Origin: Alphaproteobacteria bacterium
GTDB taxonomy: Bacteria; Pseudomonadota; Alphaproteobacteria; UBA6615
Reading direction: 5' to 3'
DNA length: 64,000 nt
NCBI GenBank assembly: GCA_009694135.1
Contig: SHVS01000006.1
Coordinates: 14,036 to 78,035, forward strand
Position numbers and translations under genes: made by a program. Below the pieces are notes generated by a model. The model had not been told where the DNA came from. It worked only from the letters and a program-made list of their open reading frames with translations, and ran no database searches. Positions 44,646 through 53,469 of the stretch are shown one piece after another; position 1 is the first letter of the stretch; every line of letters begins with the position of its first letter.

Positions 44646-44704
44646 AGGTCATCGGGGCTACATAGCGCTGGTGTGCCGGCCTGTCCATGCGGGCCGATCA
44701 AAGA

Positions 44705-44732
44705 GAAACGGCGGTCCGTTTCCAGACCGCCG
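44705..44732 (-). terminator. Rho-independent terminator, copy 2
   Basis: Stem CGGCGGTC/GACCGCCG followed by TTTCTCTTT on the minus strand. Confidence 0.7.
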
Positions 44733-44769
44733 CAGGCGATGCGTTCAGGGAGCGCGCCGCCAAACAGGC

Positions 44770-44806
44770 AAAAAGCGAAACGGCGGTCCGTTGCCGGACC
44801 GCCGTT
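44770..44806 (-). terminator. Rho-independent terminator, copy 1, after the histone-like gene
   Basis: Perfect 12-bp stem AACGGCGGTCCG/CGGACCGCCGTT with 4-nt loop, then TCGCTTTTT. Confidence 0.8.
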
Positions 44807-44836
44807 GCGTATTCGAGTGCCGATCAGCTTGGGCCG

Positions 44837-45307
44837 CTAGATGATCTTGCGGCTGCCGAACCGGTCGTAAACGACGAGCGTTGGCCCGACAACAGGGGCC
44901 AAGTGGCCCCGTCGTGCAGAAGCCTTCTTTTTCGCCGAACTGCGTCGTGCGCCAGGCTTGCGCGTGGACGCCTTCTTGGAGCGCCGGGCAGTCTTGCGGA
45001 CGGCCTTGCGCGCACCCGTCTTGCGGACGGCTTTGCGAACGCCAGTCTTGCGTGCGCCGGCAGCGCGACGCGTGCTCGCGCGACGGCCGGCCGCCTTGCG
45101 GGTACCGGTCTTCGCTTTCGCGCGCCGCGTCGAAGTCTTACGCACGGCAGCCTTGGTCGACTTGCGCGTGGTCTTCTTCGACTTGACGCGACGGGTCGTC
45201 TTGACGCTGCTCGAGCGGGCAGACTTGCTCTTGCCAGCGCGAGACTTGGACCAACGCGACTTGGAAGTCTTGCTCATCTTACGCTTAGAAGTTTTGGCTC
45301 TAGCCAT
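44837..45307 (-). CDS. Highly basic histone-H1/protamine-like protein (156 aa)
   Basis: GGAGG RBS 8 nt before the ATG; 60 K+R, 1 acidic residue; RKAVRKTG repeats; own terminator. Confidence 0.8.
   Translation of the reverse strand: MARAKTSKRKMSKTSKSRWSKSRAGKSKSARSSSVKTTRRVKSKKTTRKSTKAAVRKTSTRRAKAKTGTRKAAGRRASTRRAAGARKTGVRKAVRKTGARKAVRKTARRSKKASTRKPGARRSSAKKKASARRGHLAPVVGPTLVVYDRFGSRKII
44991..45052. repeat. 27-bp imperfect tandem repeat (GTCTTGCGGACGGC...) inside the histone-like gene
   Basis: Encodes RKTGVRKAV-RKTGARKAV-RKT. Confidence 0.75.
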
Positions 45308-45367
45308 CTCTTGTCCCTCCGATTGACCAGCAGGCAAACCCCATCTCTCGGGTCAGAGAACGTTTCA

Positions 45368-45396
45368 TTAAGTTAACACTCTTAACGAAAGGTTAG
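45368..45396. promoter_or_regulatory. AT-rich promoter region with CtrA-like box (TTAA-CGAAAGG-TTAG) and two extra TTAA half-sites
   Basis: TTAA at 45368, 45373 and 45382; TTAG at 45393; 60-90 bp upstream of the histone-like gene. Confidence 0.55.
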
Positions 45397-45510
45397 ATTT
45401 CCATGGCTGGCGATACAGTTTTATTTCCCCCGCGCCGCGTAGATGGCGCGACAAGCACGACTTCTAATGTACGGAATGCCACGCGCACAAGCCCTACGCC
45501 ACTATTTCGC

Positions 45511-46752
45511 TTACGCGAACAGCGCCGAAATCCGCTGCAACAAAAATGTGACGCTGACAAAAAATCCTGTCATGGGAACCCAACGCGGCAGGTCGAGCGC
45601 GCCTTTGGGCGATGGTCCGCGTCGCTTGAGCGCGAGCAGCGCGAGGTTCATGAGCGCAAAAATTCCGAGCATGATCACTGAAGACGCGCGCGCCAGTGCC
45701 GCAAGCGGCAGCACAAGCGCGACGGCTGCGGTGATGCTGGAAACCAGCGCCGTCGCGAAGAGTGGCGTGCGCGTGCGCGTGTGCACGCTAGCCAATTCCT
45801 TCGGCAGCGCGTCTTGTCGTGCCAACCCATAGACGACGCGCGTCGCCATGATGATCATCACCAGCGCGCCATTGACGGTGGCGATGGCGGCGACGACGCT
45901 GAATGGCGCGGACGACATCCCGCTCGCGCGCTCGAACACGAGAGCAAGCGGCGCTGCCGAGGCGGCGAGCTCTGCCGGCGCGACGGTGAGCACGGCGATG
46001 CAGGTGATCGCGCCATAGAGCAGCGTGGTGATCAGCAGGGTTAGCATTATTGCCCGCGGGAGTGTCCGCGCCACGTCCTTTACTTCCTCGGCCAGATTGA
46101 CCATGGCCTCGAAGCCGATGAAGGCGAAGAAGGCAAGAAGTGTACTGCCAAGTATTGCGCTCCAGGCGGCAGTGGTCGCTGGCGGCAGCAATTCCGTGAG
46201 GCGAGAAGCAAGATCGGGAGTTCCGAACGCGCCGGCAAGTATGACCGCGATCAAGCCGCCTGTTTCCAAGACGGTGATCAACGCGATCATCAGGGTCGAT
46301 TCGACAATGCCCCAGGCAGCGAACAAACCGAGACCGAGAGTGATCGCGAGCAGCGTCGGAGCGCGCGGCAGCGGCAGCAGTTCCTGTATGTAACCGGTCG
46401 CGCCATTGATGATCGCGGCTGAAGACACGATCCCGGCCAAAGCGGTCAAAAGCCCGACCGCCAGGGCGAGATCGGCGCGACCGAAGGCTTCGCGGACATA
46501 AACCGCCTCGCCGCCGGCTTGCGGGTGGCGCGTGCCCAGCTCGGCGAAGGTCAGGCCGGTGAACAGGACAAGAATCGCGGCGACGAAGAATGACACCGGC
46601 GCGTACAGGCCGGAGGCGCCGGCCATGCTGCCGATCAGGACATAAATGCCGGCGCCTATGGTGGTACCAAGACCATAGAGCGTAAGCAGACCGAGGCCGA
46701 GACCGCGCTTGAGTTCCGCGCCACTCATCGCGTCGAGATTGAGACGATGCAT
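45511..46752 (-). CDS. APC-family amino acid permease
   Basis: GLGTTIGAGIY, AGGEAVYV, FFAFIGFE, RTRTP; multiple TM helices. Confidence 0.9.
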   Translation of the reverse strand: MHRLNLDAMSGAELKRGLGLGLLTLYGLGTTIGAGIYVLIGSMAGASGLYAPVSFFVAAILVLFTGLTFAELGTRHPQAGGEAVYVREAFGRADLALAVGLLTALAGIVSSAAIINGATGYIQELLPLPRAPTLLAITLGLGLFAAWGIVESTLMIALITVLETGGLIAVILAGAFGTPDLASRLTELLPPATTAAWSAILGSTLLAFFAFIGFEAMVNLAEEVKDVARTLPRAIMLTLLITTLLYGAITCIAVLTVAPAELAASAAPLALVFERASGMSSAPFSVVAAIATVNGALVMIIMATRVVYGLARQDALPKELASVHTRTRTPLFATALVSSITAAVALVLPLAALARASSVIMLGIFALMNLALLALKRRGPSPKGALDLPRWVPMTGFFVSVTFLLQRISALFA

Positions 46753-47103
46753 CTAAGGCTCGACGTGTGTCTTGACGTCGCCACGCTGGACACGAACGTA
46801 ATCCTCAAGCTGGCGCGTGATGGCGTCGAAGGCGTCGCGAATGGCGACATAGACGTCTTCATGCGCATGATCCTTCGACCCGTTGCGGTTGGCGACGAAT
46901 TCCTTGCCTGGAACGCTCAGGTCGATACGCACGCTATAGAGCTTGCCCTTGCGCGAGTGCCGGTGCGGCGCCTCGATCACCACGCGGCAGCCGATGATTC
47001 GGTCAAAAATATGGTCAAGCTTCCCCGCCCGTTCGCGCAACCGTTCCTCGACCGCGGGCGAATGGTCCATGTTGTGAAAGTCGATCTGCAACGAATTCTG
47101 CAC
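46753..47103 (-). CDS. HPF/RaiA-family ribosome hibernation protein
   Basis: QIDFHNMDHSPAVE...CRVVIEAPH...HEDVYVAIRDAFD...RQL; GGAG RBS before the GTG. Confidence 0.88.
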   Translation of the reverse strand: MQNSLQIDFHNMDHSPAVEERLRERAGKLDHIFDRIIGCRVVIEAPHRHSRKGKLYSVRIDLSVPGKEFVANRNGSKDHAHEDVYVAIRDAFDAITRQLEDYVRVQRGDVKTHVEP

Positions 47104-47171
47104 GCGGTGCTCCTCTGCTTGCGCCGAGATCCGATGCGATGAACCCTAAACCTGGGTGCCGGCACCGAGCC

Positions 47172-47185
47172 TTGAGGCGCGTCAA
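47172..47185. promoter_or_regulatory. FNR/FixK-type box TTGA-GGCGCG-TCAA
   Basis: Palindromic TTGA-N6-TCAA about 70 bp upstream of the HPF gene. Confidence 0.55.
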
Positions 47186-47197
47186 GTGCGGGGGCGC

Positions 47198-48502
47198 CTA
47201 AAGGTCGTAGGCGCTCTCCCCATGCGCCGTGAGGCCGAGGCCCTGGACCTCGGTCTCCTCTTCGACACGTAAGCCCACGGCCGCGCGCGTGACCGCGATG
47301 ATCGCAAGTGTCGCGATTGCCGACCAGGCGCCGACCGCGGCGAGCGCAAGCAGCTGCACGCCGAGTTGGCTGGCCATGGTCATGCCCTCGGCATAGCCGA
47401 CGCCGCCGAGCGCCTCGGAGGAGAGGAAGGCGAGCAGCACAGTGCCGAGCGCCCCGCCGACGCCATGCACGCCGAATACGTCGAGCGCGTCGTCGATCTT
47501 CAGCCGCTGCTTCACCAGCGCCGTGACCCAAAGGCAGACGACGCCGGCGGCGGCGCCGATGATCAGCGCGCCCACCGGCCCGATGAAGCCGGATGCCGGG
47601 GTGATGGTCGCAAGTCCGGCAACCGCGCCGGTGACGGCGCCGATAAGGCTCGGTTTGCCGAAGCGCTGCCATTCGATCGCCGCCCAGACAATGGCGCCGG
47701 TCGCGGCCGAAATATGCGTGACCAGTATCGCCATGCCGGCGGAGCCATTGGCCGCCACGGCCGAGCCGCCGTTGAACCCGAACCAGCCGATCCACAACAT
47801 GCAGGCGCCGGTCATCACCATGCCTGGGCTATGTGGCGGGCGCATCTCTCGGGGGAAGCCGCGGCGCGGTCCGAGCGATCGGGCAAGCAGCAGCGCCGAT
47901 ACGCCGGCGGTCAGATGCACGACGATGCCGCCGGCGTAATCGCGCACGTTCATTTGTGCCAGCCAGCCGCTCCCCCACACCCAATGCGCGACCGGAACAT
48001 AGACGAGCATAAGCCACAGCGCGCTGAACATTAGAACGGCCGCAAAGCGGATACGCTCGGGATAGGAGCCGATGATCAGCGCCGGGGTGATAATGGCGAA
48101 AGTCATCTGGAACATGAAATAGACGCTTTCCGGCAGCGTTGGCGCGAGATCGGACAGGGTTTCCGGGCGGATGCCGGCAAGAAAGGCCTTCGATAACCCG
48201 CCCAACAGCGGCGCATTGCCGTCAAAAGCGGGCGTGTAGCCGAAGGCAAGCCAAAGCACCGACACGATGCAGGCGACGGCAAAGCAGTGCATCAAAACGG
48301 ACAAAACATTAATCGAGCGGACCAGCCCGCCGTAAAACAGCGCCAGCCCGGGCAGAGTCATAAAGAGTACGAGGGCGGTGGCGGTGATCATCCAGGCGGT
48401 ATCGCCACTGTCGAGACCCGTGGCCCAGGCCGGTGCCGTCGAAAGTCCCAGCGCCAGGCCGGCGCCGAACACCGATCGTACGATATCCCGAGCAAGCCGC
48501 AT
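47198..48502 (-). CDS. amtB: Ammonium transporter (no adjacent glnK)
   Basis: DTAW, PGLALFYGG, FQMTFAIIT, HWVWG, DYAGG.VVH, GWFGFNGGS, DVFGVHG. Confidence 0.95.
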   Translation of the reverse strand: MRLARDIVRSVFGAGLALGLSTAPAWATGLDSGDTAWMITATALVLFMTLPGLALFYGGLVRSINVLSVLMHCFAVACIVSVLWLAFGYTPAFDGNAPLLGGLSKAFLAGIRPETLSDLAPTLPESVYFMFQMTFAIITPALIIGSYPERIRFAAVLMFSALWLMLVYVPVAHWVWGSGWLAQMNVRDYAGGIVVHLTAGVSALLLARSLGPRRGFPREMRPPHSPGMVMTGACMLWIGWFGFNGGSAVAANGSAGMAILVTHISAATGAIVWAAIEWQRFGKPSLIGAVTGAVAGLATITPASGFIGPVGALIIGAAAGVVCLWVTALVKQRLKIDDALDVFGVHGVGGALGTVLLAFLSSEALGGVGYAEGMTMASQLGVQLLALAAVGAWSAIATLAIIAVTRAAVGLRVEEETEVQGLGLTAHGESAYDL

Positions 48503-48602
48503 GTCTTCCCCAAAGGCTTTTGTGGGCGCCGTTTAACGCTGGCGCACTGTTCACGCTTGGCCGTTTGCGTACGCTGCCGCTCAGGGCGAGACAAGCTGGC
48601 GC

Positions 48603-48618
48603 TTAGTGAAACATTAAC
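48603..48618 (+). promoter_or_regulatory. CtrA-like box TTAG-TGAAACA-TTAAC
   Basis: One mismatch to consensus; 50 bp upstream of the CZB-GGDEF gene. Confidence 0.55.
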
Positions 48619-48668
48619 CAAGCGGCGCGCAATCCTGGCAGGATCGATCCGGATCGGGGGACCGGGCT

Positions 48669-49577
48669 ATGGATCTACACTTCGTACGCGCCGTCGACGC
48701 CGGCTTGCCGGCCGAGTTCGAAGCGGCGCTGGCCGATCACCGGCAGTGGCTGCAGCGCTGGCACAGCGCGCGGCTGTGCGGCGCGATCCCGGGCAATGAT
48801 ATTGTAGCAACCGATCCAGCCGAGCATTGCGCGATCGGCCGTTGGCTGCAGCACCAGACCGCGCGGATGACTCCATGGCCTGGGCCGTTTGCCTCCCTTG
48901 CCGATGCGCATGCAGCGCTGCACGCCCAGGCGCGCCAGCTTGCTTTGGCGGAGCCGGGACCATTATCCGTGCCCGATTATGGCCTGCTGTTGGCTGCGGT
49001 CGAGGCTTTCGAACAGCTCGCCCGCCCGATTCAACTCGCCTTCGAACGGGCCCTGTCCGATCTCGATCCCTTGACTTGGCTTTTAAATCGGCGCGGCAGG
49101 CGCGTGGCGCTCGAGCGCGAACGCGCGCGGTCCCGGCGCGGCGGATTGGCCGCGGCGATCGCCATCGGCGATCTGGATTATTTCAAGTCGATCAACGACG
49201 CCCATGGCCACTCGGCCGGCGATCATGTGCTGCAATCCGTGGCCGAAGTGTTCCTGACCGAGCTTCGCCCCTATGACAGCGTTTATCGCTACGGCGGCGA
49301 GGAATTCCTGTTTTGTCTGCCGAGCACAGACGGCGTGACGGCGCAGCTCGTGCTCGATCGTCTGCGCGCCGGACTGTCGGCGCTCACCGTGCCTGAAATC
49401 GGCGGCGACGCGCGTATCACTATGTCTTTCGGCATTGCGCCGATAGAGGCGGATGTGACCGTCGAAGAAACGATCGAGCGTGCCGATCGCGCGCTTTATG
49501 CTGCCAAGCGGGCTGGGCGCAACCGCGTGGTGAGCTGGCACGGCCCGGTGCCGATTGCCATCGGCGCGGTGGCTTGA
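48669..49577 (+). CDS. CZB (zinc-binding) domain diguanylate cyclase, DgcZ-like
   Basis: CZB motifs HRQW, HCAIGRW, HAALH; RPYD I-site; GGEEF. Confidence 0.85.
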   Translation: MDLHFVRAVDAGLPAEFEAALADHRQWLQRWHSARLCGAIPGNDIVATDPAEHCAIGRWLQHQTARMTPWPGPFASLADAHAALHAQARQLALAEPGPLSVPDYGLLLAAVEAFEQLARPIQLAFERALSDLDPLTWLLNRRGRRVALERERARSRRGGLAAAIAIGDLDYFKSINDAHGHSAGDHVLQSVAEVFLTELRPYDSVYRYGGEEFLFCLPSTDGVTAQLVLDRLRAGLSALTVPEIGGDARITMSFGIAPIEADVTVEETIERADRALYAAKRAGRNRVVSWHGPVPIAIGAVA

Positions 49578-49634
49578 CCGCGGCGGAGTCGGCCGCGCAC
49601 CTTCCATCTACTGCTGCAGTCAGGAGTTCGGCGT

Positions 49635-50483
49635 ATGGCGCGCATCGCCTATGTCAATGGACGCTATGTGCCCATGTCTTCCGCCGCCATCGCGGTCGAG
49701 GATCGCGGGTTGCAATTCGCCGATTCGGTTTATGAGGTGGTCGCGGTCGCCGGCGGACGGCTGATCGACGAAGACCCGCATCTCGACCGCCTCGATCGCT
49801 CGCTCGCCGAAATTCGCCTCTCGGCGCCGATGTCTCGCCCCTCCTTACGCCGCATCATGCGCGAAGTGGTGCGGCGCAACCGGATCGGCTCCGGCATGCT
49901 CTATGTGCAGGTGACGCGCGGTGTTGCGCGCCGCGACCCGATCTTTCCCGCCCACGCTCGACCGACGGTGATCATGACCGCGCGCCGCATGAAGCCGCAG
50001 GAGCCGAAGGCGCTGGCGGCCGGAATCGCGGTCGAATGCGTGCTGGACCCGCGCTGGCGCCGGCGCGACATCAAAACCGTGGCATTGTTGCCCAATGTGC
50101 TGGTGCGCAATGCCGCGCGCGCGCATGGCTTCGCCGATGCCTGGCTGGTCGATGACGACGGGTTGGTGACCGAAGGCACGTTCTCCAACGCCTGGATCGT
50201 GACCGCCAAGGGCCAGATCGTGACGCGGCCCAAGAGCCAGGATATCCTGTGGGGCATCACGCGCGGCGTGATGCTGGCTCTGGCCGCCGAGCTCAAGCTC
50301 AAACTCGTCGAGCGGCCGTTCAGCGTGGCCGAGGCCAAATCCGCCTCCGAAGCGTTCATCACCGGGGCAACGTCTTTTGTCACCCCGGTCACGCGCATCG
50401 ACGAAGCAGTGCTGGGCAGCGGGACCATCGGCCCGGTCACCAAGCGCCTCGCCGAGCGTTACGCCGCGCATATGGCGGCGTAA
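49635..50483 (+). CDS. dat: D-amino-acid transaminase (class IV PLP)
   Basis: AYVNG, EDRGLQFADSVYE, RRDIKT..LLPNV, VTEG..SN, ILWGITR. Confidence 0.88.
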   Translation: MARIAYVNGRYVPMSSAAIAVEDRGLQFADSVYEVVAVAGGRLIDEDPHLDRLDRSLAEIRLSAPMSRPSLRRIMREVVRRNRIGSGMLYVQVTRGVARRDPIFPAHARPTVIMTARRMKPQEPKALAAGIAVECVLDPRWRRRDIKTVALLPNVLVRNAARAHGFADAWLVDDDGLVTEGTFSNAWIVTAKGQIVTRPKSQDILWGITRGVMLALAAELKLKLVERPFSVAEAKSASEAFITGATSFVTPVTRIDEAVLGSGTIGPVTKRLAERYAAHMAA

Positions 50484-50502
50484 CGCTGCCGGTTACGGCG
50501 CG

Positions 50503-51376
50503 TTAGTTTGCCGCGCGCTTGACGAAGCCTTCGAGCGACACGGTGCGCGGGCCGTTGCCGTCCGAAAAGCGGATACAATATTGGGTTGGATAGTAGCCCG
50601 CGACTTCCCAGCTTTTCGGCTGCTTGATCGGGCTGCATTTATTCGGATTGGTGGCCAAATAGGCGCTGGCGATCATCGGTTCGTAAAAGATCACATGGGC
50701 GTCGTTCGATCCGATGACGAAGGTGCGCGAAAAGGCCGGGCCGCCGGGCGCGAGCTCGGGCGATTTCACGTCGATCAAATGGTTGCCCATGGCCGGCACC
50801 GCCGCGCCGACGTCGATATGGTCGGCGTGCACATACTGGCCCGGAACCGGCTTCTGCGCCTTTTCGAAATCAGCGCAATCGAGCAACTCGCTGCATTTTT
50901 CCTGGGCGCAGCGCTTCGACCGATGCGCGGTCGGCGACATAAAAATGAAAATCGAAATGCGGCTTCGCCCACGGCGGGGGCGCGGGCGACGCGTGGCCAT
51001 GCGGATTCCAGTTGATCATCGCCCATTTGAAGGGCGCGAGCGCCTTGTTGGCGTCCGCGTCCGGCAGCTCGAATTTCAGCGTATAGTCGCCGAGACATTC
51101 CAAGTTCACATCGACGCGGCCGTCGCCGTTTTTGTCGAAGCAGATGCTCTTCGGGTTCAACTCGGCCGGCAGGCCGTCGAGCGCACCCTTGGTAAAACTG
51201 AAGCCGAGGGCGACCGGCGCGCCCTTGTCGTCGATCGCCGCGTACATCACCGCCGAGCCTTGGCCGAGCTTCTGGCTCTTGCTGACGTAAGTTTTGAATG
51301 GCGCGGCCAGCGCTGGCGAACCCACAGCCAAGGCCGCCAACAGAACGCCGATCGCTAGCAGCACGTGTTTACGCAT
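50503..51376 (-). pseudogene. Exported DUF5602/TTHB210-like protein split by a homopolymer frameshift
   Basis: Signal peptide; NWNPHGH..P..PHFDFHFY in one frame, VPAMGNHL...FYEPMI in the next; A5 run at 50896-50900 where A4 restores PGKCSELLDC. Confidence 0.7.
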
Positions 51377-51410
51377 GTCACCCTCGTTTGAACCCGTTAT
51401 GCCGTCCGGT

Positions 51411-52919
51411 TCAGCCCGTCGGCCCGAAGCTTATTCCTTGCGCCAGCGGTAATGCGAGCGAGTAATTGATCGTGTTGGTCGCGCGGCGCATGTAGGCCTT
51501 CCAGGCTTCCGAGCCCGCCTCGCGCCCGCCGCCGGTCGCCTTCTCGCCGCCGAAGGCGCCGCCGATCTCCGCGCCCGAGGGGCCGATATTGACATTGGCG
51601 ATGCCGCAGTCGCTGGCGGCGATGAATCGCTCCGCTTCGCGCAGGTCATTGGTGAAGATCGCGGACGCCAAGCCCTGCGGCACGTCGTTGTGCAGGGCGA
51701 GCGCTTCGTCGAATTCGGAATAGCGCAGCACATACAGGATCGGCGCGAAGGTTTCGCGCCGCACCAGCGCGCTTTGTTGCGGCAGCTCGACAATCGCCGG
51801 GCGGACGTAAGCGGCAGCGGGAAAGCGCTCGGCGAGCAGGCGTTCGCCACCATGGATGACGCCGCCTTCGGCGCGCGCTTCGGCCAGCGCCGCTTGCATC
51901 GCATCGAAGGCGTTCCGGTCGATCAGCGGCCCGACCAGCGTGCCGGGCTCGCGGGGATCGCCGACCGTCGCCGTGGCGTAGGCCGTCTTCAGCCGCGCGA
52001 CCAGCGCATCCGCGCTATTCGCATGCACGATTAGCCGGCGCAGCGTGGTGCAGCGCTGGCCGGCGGTGCCGATGGCGGAGAACAGGATCGTGCGCAGCGC
52101 CAGATCGAGTTCGGCCGAGGGGGTGACGATCATGCCGTTGTTGCCGCCCAGCTCCAACAGCGCACGGCCGAAGCGCTGCGCCACGCGCGGCGCCAATGTT
52201 GCGCCCATGCGCGTCGAGCCGGTGGCGCTGACCAGCGGGACGCGCGGATCGTCGGCGAGCGCCTGGCCGATGGACGCGTCACCTTGTGCGACCTCGATCA
52301 GGCCTTCGGGTGCGTCGCCGAAGCGGCGGCAGGCGCGCGCGAACAGGGCCAGCACGGCAAGCGCCGTGAGCGGGGTTTTCTCCGACGGCTTCCATACCAA
52401 AGCGTCGCCGCACACGAGCGCGAGCATCGCATTCCAGGCGAACACGGCGACCGGAAAATTGAAGGCCGTGATGACCCCGACGACGCCGAGCGGATGCCAA
52501 GTCTCCATCATGCGATGGCCCGGACGTTCCGACGCGATCGTGAGGCCATAGAGCTGGCGCGACTGACCGGTCGCGAACTCGGCCATGTCGATCATCTCCT
52601 GCACTTCGCCTTCGCCTTCGGCGCGGATCTTGCCGGCTTCGAGCGTGACCAGGGCGCCGAGCGCTTGTTTGTGCGCGCGCAACTCCTCGCCCCAAAGACG
52701 GACCAGCTCGCCGCGGCGCGGGGCCGGGATCGCGCGCCAGCGTCGCTGAGCGGCCTCGGCGCGCGCGATCTTTGCGGACAGGGTTGCGGGCGTGTCGGCG
52801 GGCAAGCGGCCCAGGACCGCGCCATCGATCGGCGAGCGCGCGAGCAAATCGCCGGCGGCAAACCGAGCCGGATCGAGGCCAAAAGATTCAAACAGGGAGG
52901 CGAGGGATGGGGCGGTCAC
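51411..52919 (-). CDS. amaB: Aldehyde dehydrogenase family 7 (piperideine-6-carboxylate dehydrogenase-like)
   Basis: GEVQEMID, TAFNFPVAV, KPSEKTP, LELGGNN, GQRCT, GAEIGGAFGGEK. Confidence 0.85.
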   Translation of the reverse strand: MTAPSLASLFESFGLDPARFAAGDLLARSPIDGAVLGRLPADTPATLSAKIARAEAAQRRWRAIPAPRRGELVRLWGEELRAHKQALGALVTLEAGKIRAEGEGEVQEMIDMAEFATGQSRQLYGLTIASERPGHRMMETWHPLGVVGVITAFNFPVAVFAWNAMLALVCGDALVWKPSEKTPLTALAVLALFARACRRFGDAPEGLIEVAQGDASIGQALADDPRVPLVSATGSTRMGATLAPRVAQRFGRALLELGGNNGMIVTPSAELDLALRTILFSAIGTAGQRCTTLRRLIVHANSADALVARLKTAYATATVGDPREPGTLVGPLIDRNAFDAMQAALAEARAEGGVIHGGERLLAERFPAAAYVRPAIVELPQQSALVRRETFAPILYVLRYSEFDEALALHNDVPQGLASAIFTNDLREAERFIAASDCGIANVNIGPSGAEIGGAFGGEKATGGGREAGSEAWKAYMRRATNTINYSLALPLAQGISFGPTG

Positions 52920-53026
52920 GGTCGCATTGGACAGAATTGGCTCCCGGCGGACAGGGACTCGATCACGCTCCGGAGTATAAGCCAGGGCTCGCCCGCCGTC
53001 AGGCGGCGTAAACGCCGCTCACACGC

Positions 53027-53061
53027 GAAAGCCGCGAACGACCGGGGTCGCCGCGGCTTCG
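53027..53061 (-). terminator. Hairpin terminator downstream of rpsU
   Basis: AAGCCGCG...CGCGGCTT stem with inner CGACC/GGTCG stem; short T tail on the minus strand. Confidence 0.55.
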
Positions 53062-53117
53062 AAACAGCGTAGTGCTCTGGAAAGGCTGTGGGGGAGAGCC
53101 CCACAAAAAACCGAAGG

Positions 53118-53324
53118 CTAGTAGCCTTCGCGTTCCATGCGCTTGCGCATCAGCTTGCGCGCCCGGCGGATCGCCTCGGCCTTTTCGCGCGCGCGGCGCT
53201 CGGACGGCTTTTCGAAGGAGCGGCGCAGCTTCATCTCGCGGAACAACCCTTCGCGCTGCATTTTCTTCTTCAGCGCTTTCAACGCCTGCTCGACGTTGTT
53301 GTCGCGAACGATCACCTGGACGAT
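53118..53324 (-). CDS. rpsU: 30S ribosomal protein S21 (start codon non-canonical or uncertain)
   Basis: [34 protein letters not shown]; RBS GAGGAGGT at 53339-53332. Confidence 0.96.
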   Translation of the reverse strand: MVQVIVRDNNVEQALKALKKKMQREGLFREMKLRRSFEKPSERRAREKAEAIRRARKLMRKRMEREGY

Positions 53325-53469
53325 GGCTGTTACCTCCTCGCTCCGCTCAAAAAGCACGCGCCCGAGAGGGGCGCGCTCGCTTTTCCATCGATATGTCGCG
53401 CGGCCCCGGATGGCCCCGCCGGATTGGGTTCTAACACGGGTTTGGTTAGCTTGCCAACCCACTAAGAGA

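Noticed and set aside
44705-44806. Two 28-bp palindromic repeats with a 44-nt spacer resembling a mini-CRISPR
   Set aside because: Only two copies, no cas genes, and both look like terminators behind a gene.
44687-45376. 229-aa plus-strand ORF opposite the histone-like gene
   Set aside because: It runs through both terminators, and the RBS and terminator orientation support the minus-strand gene.
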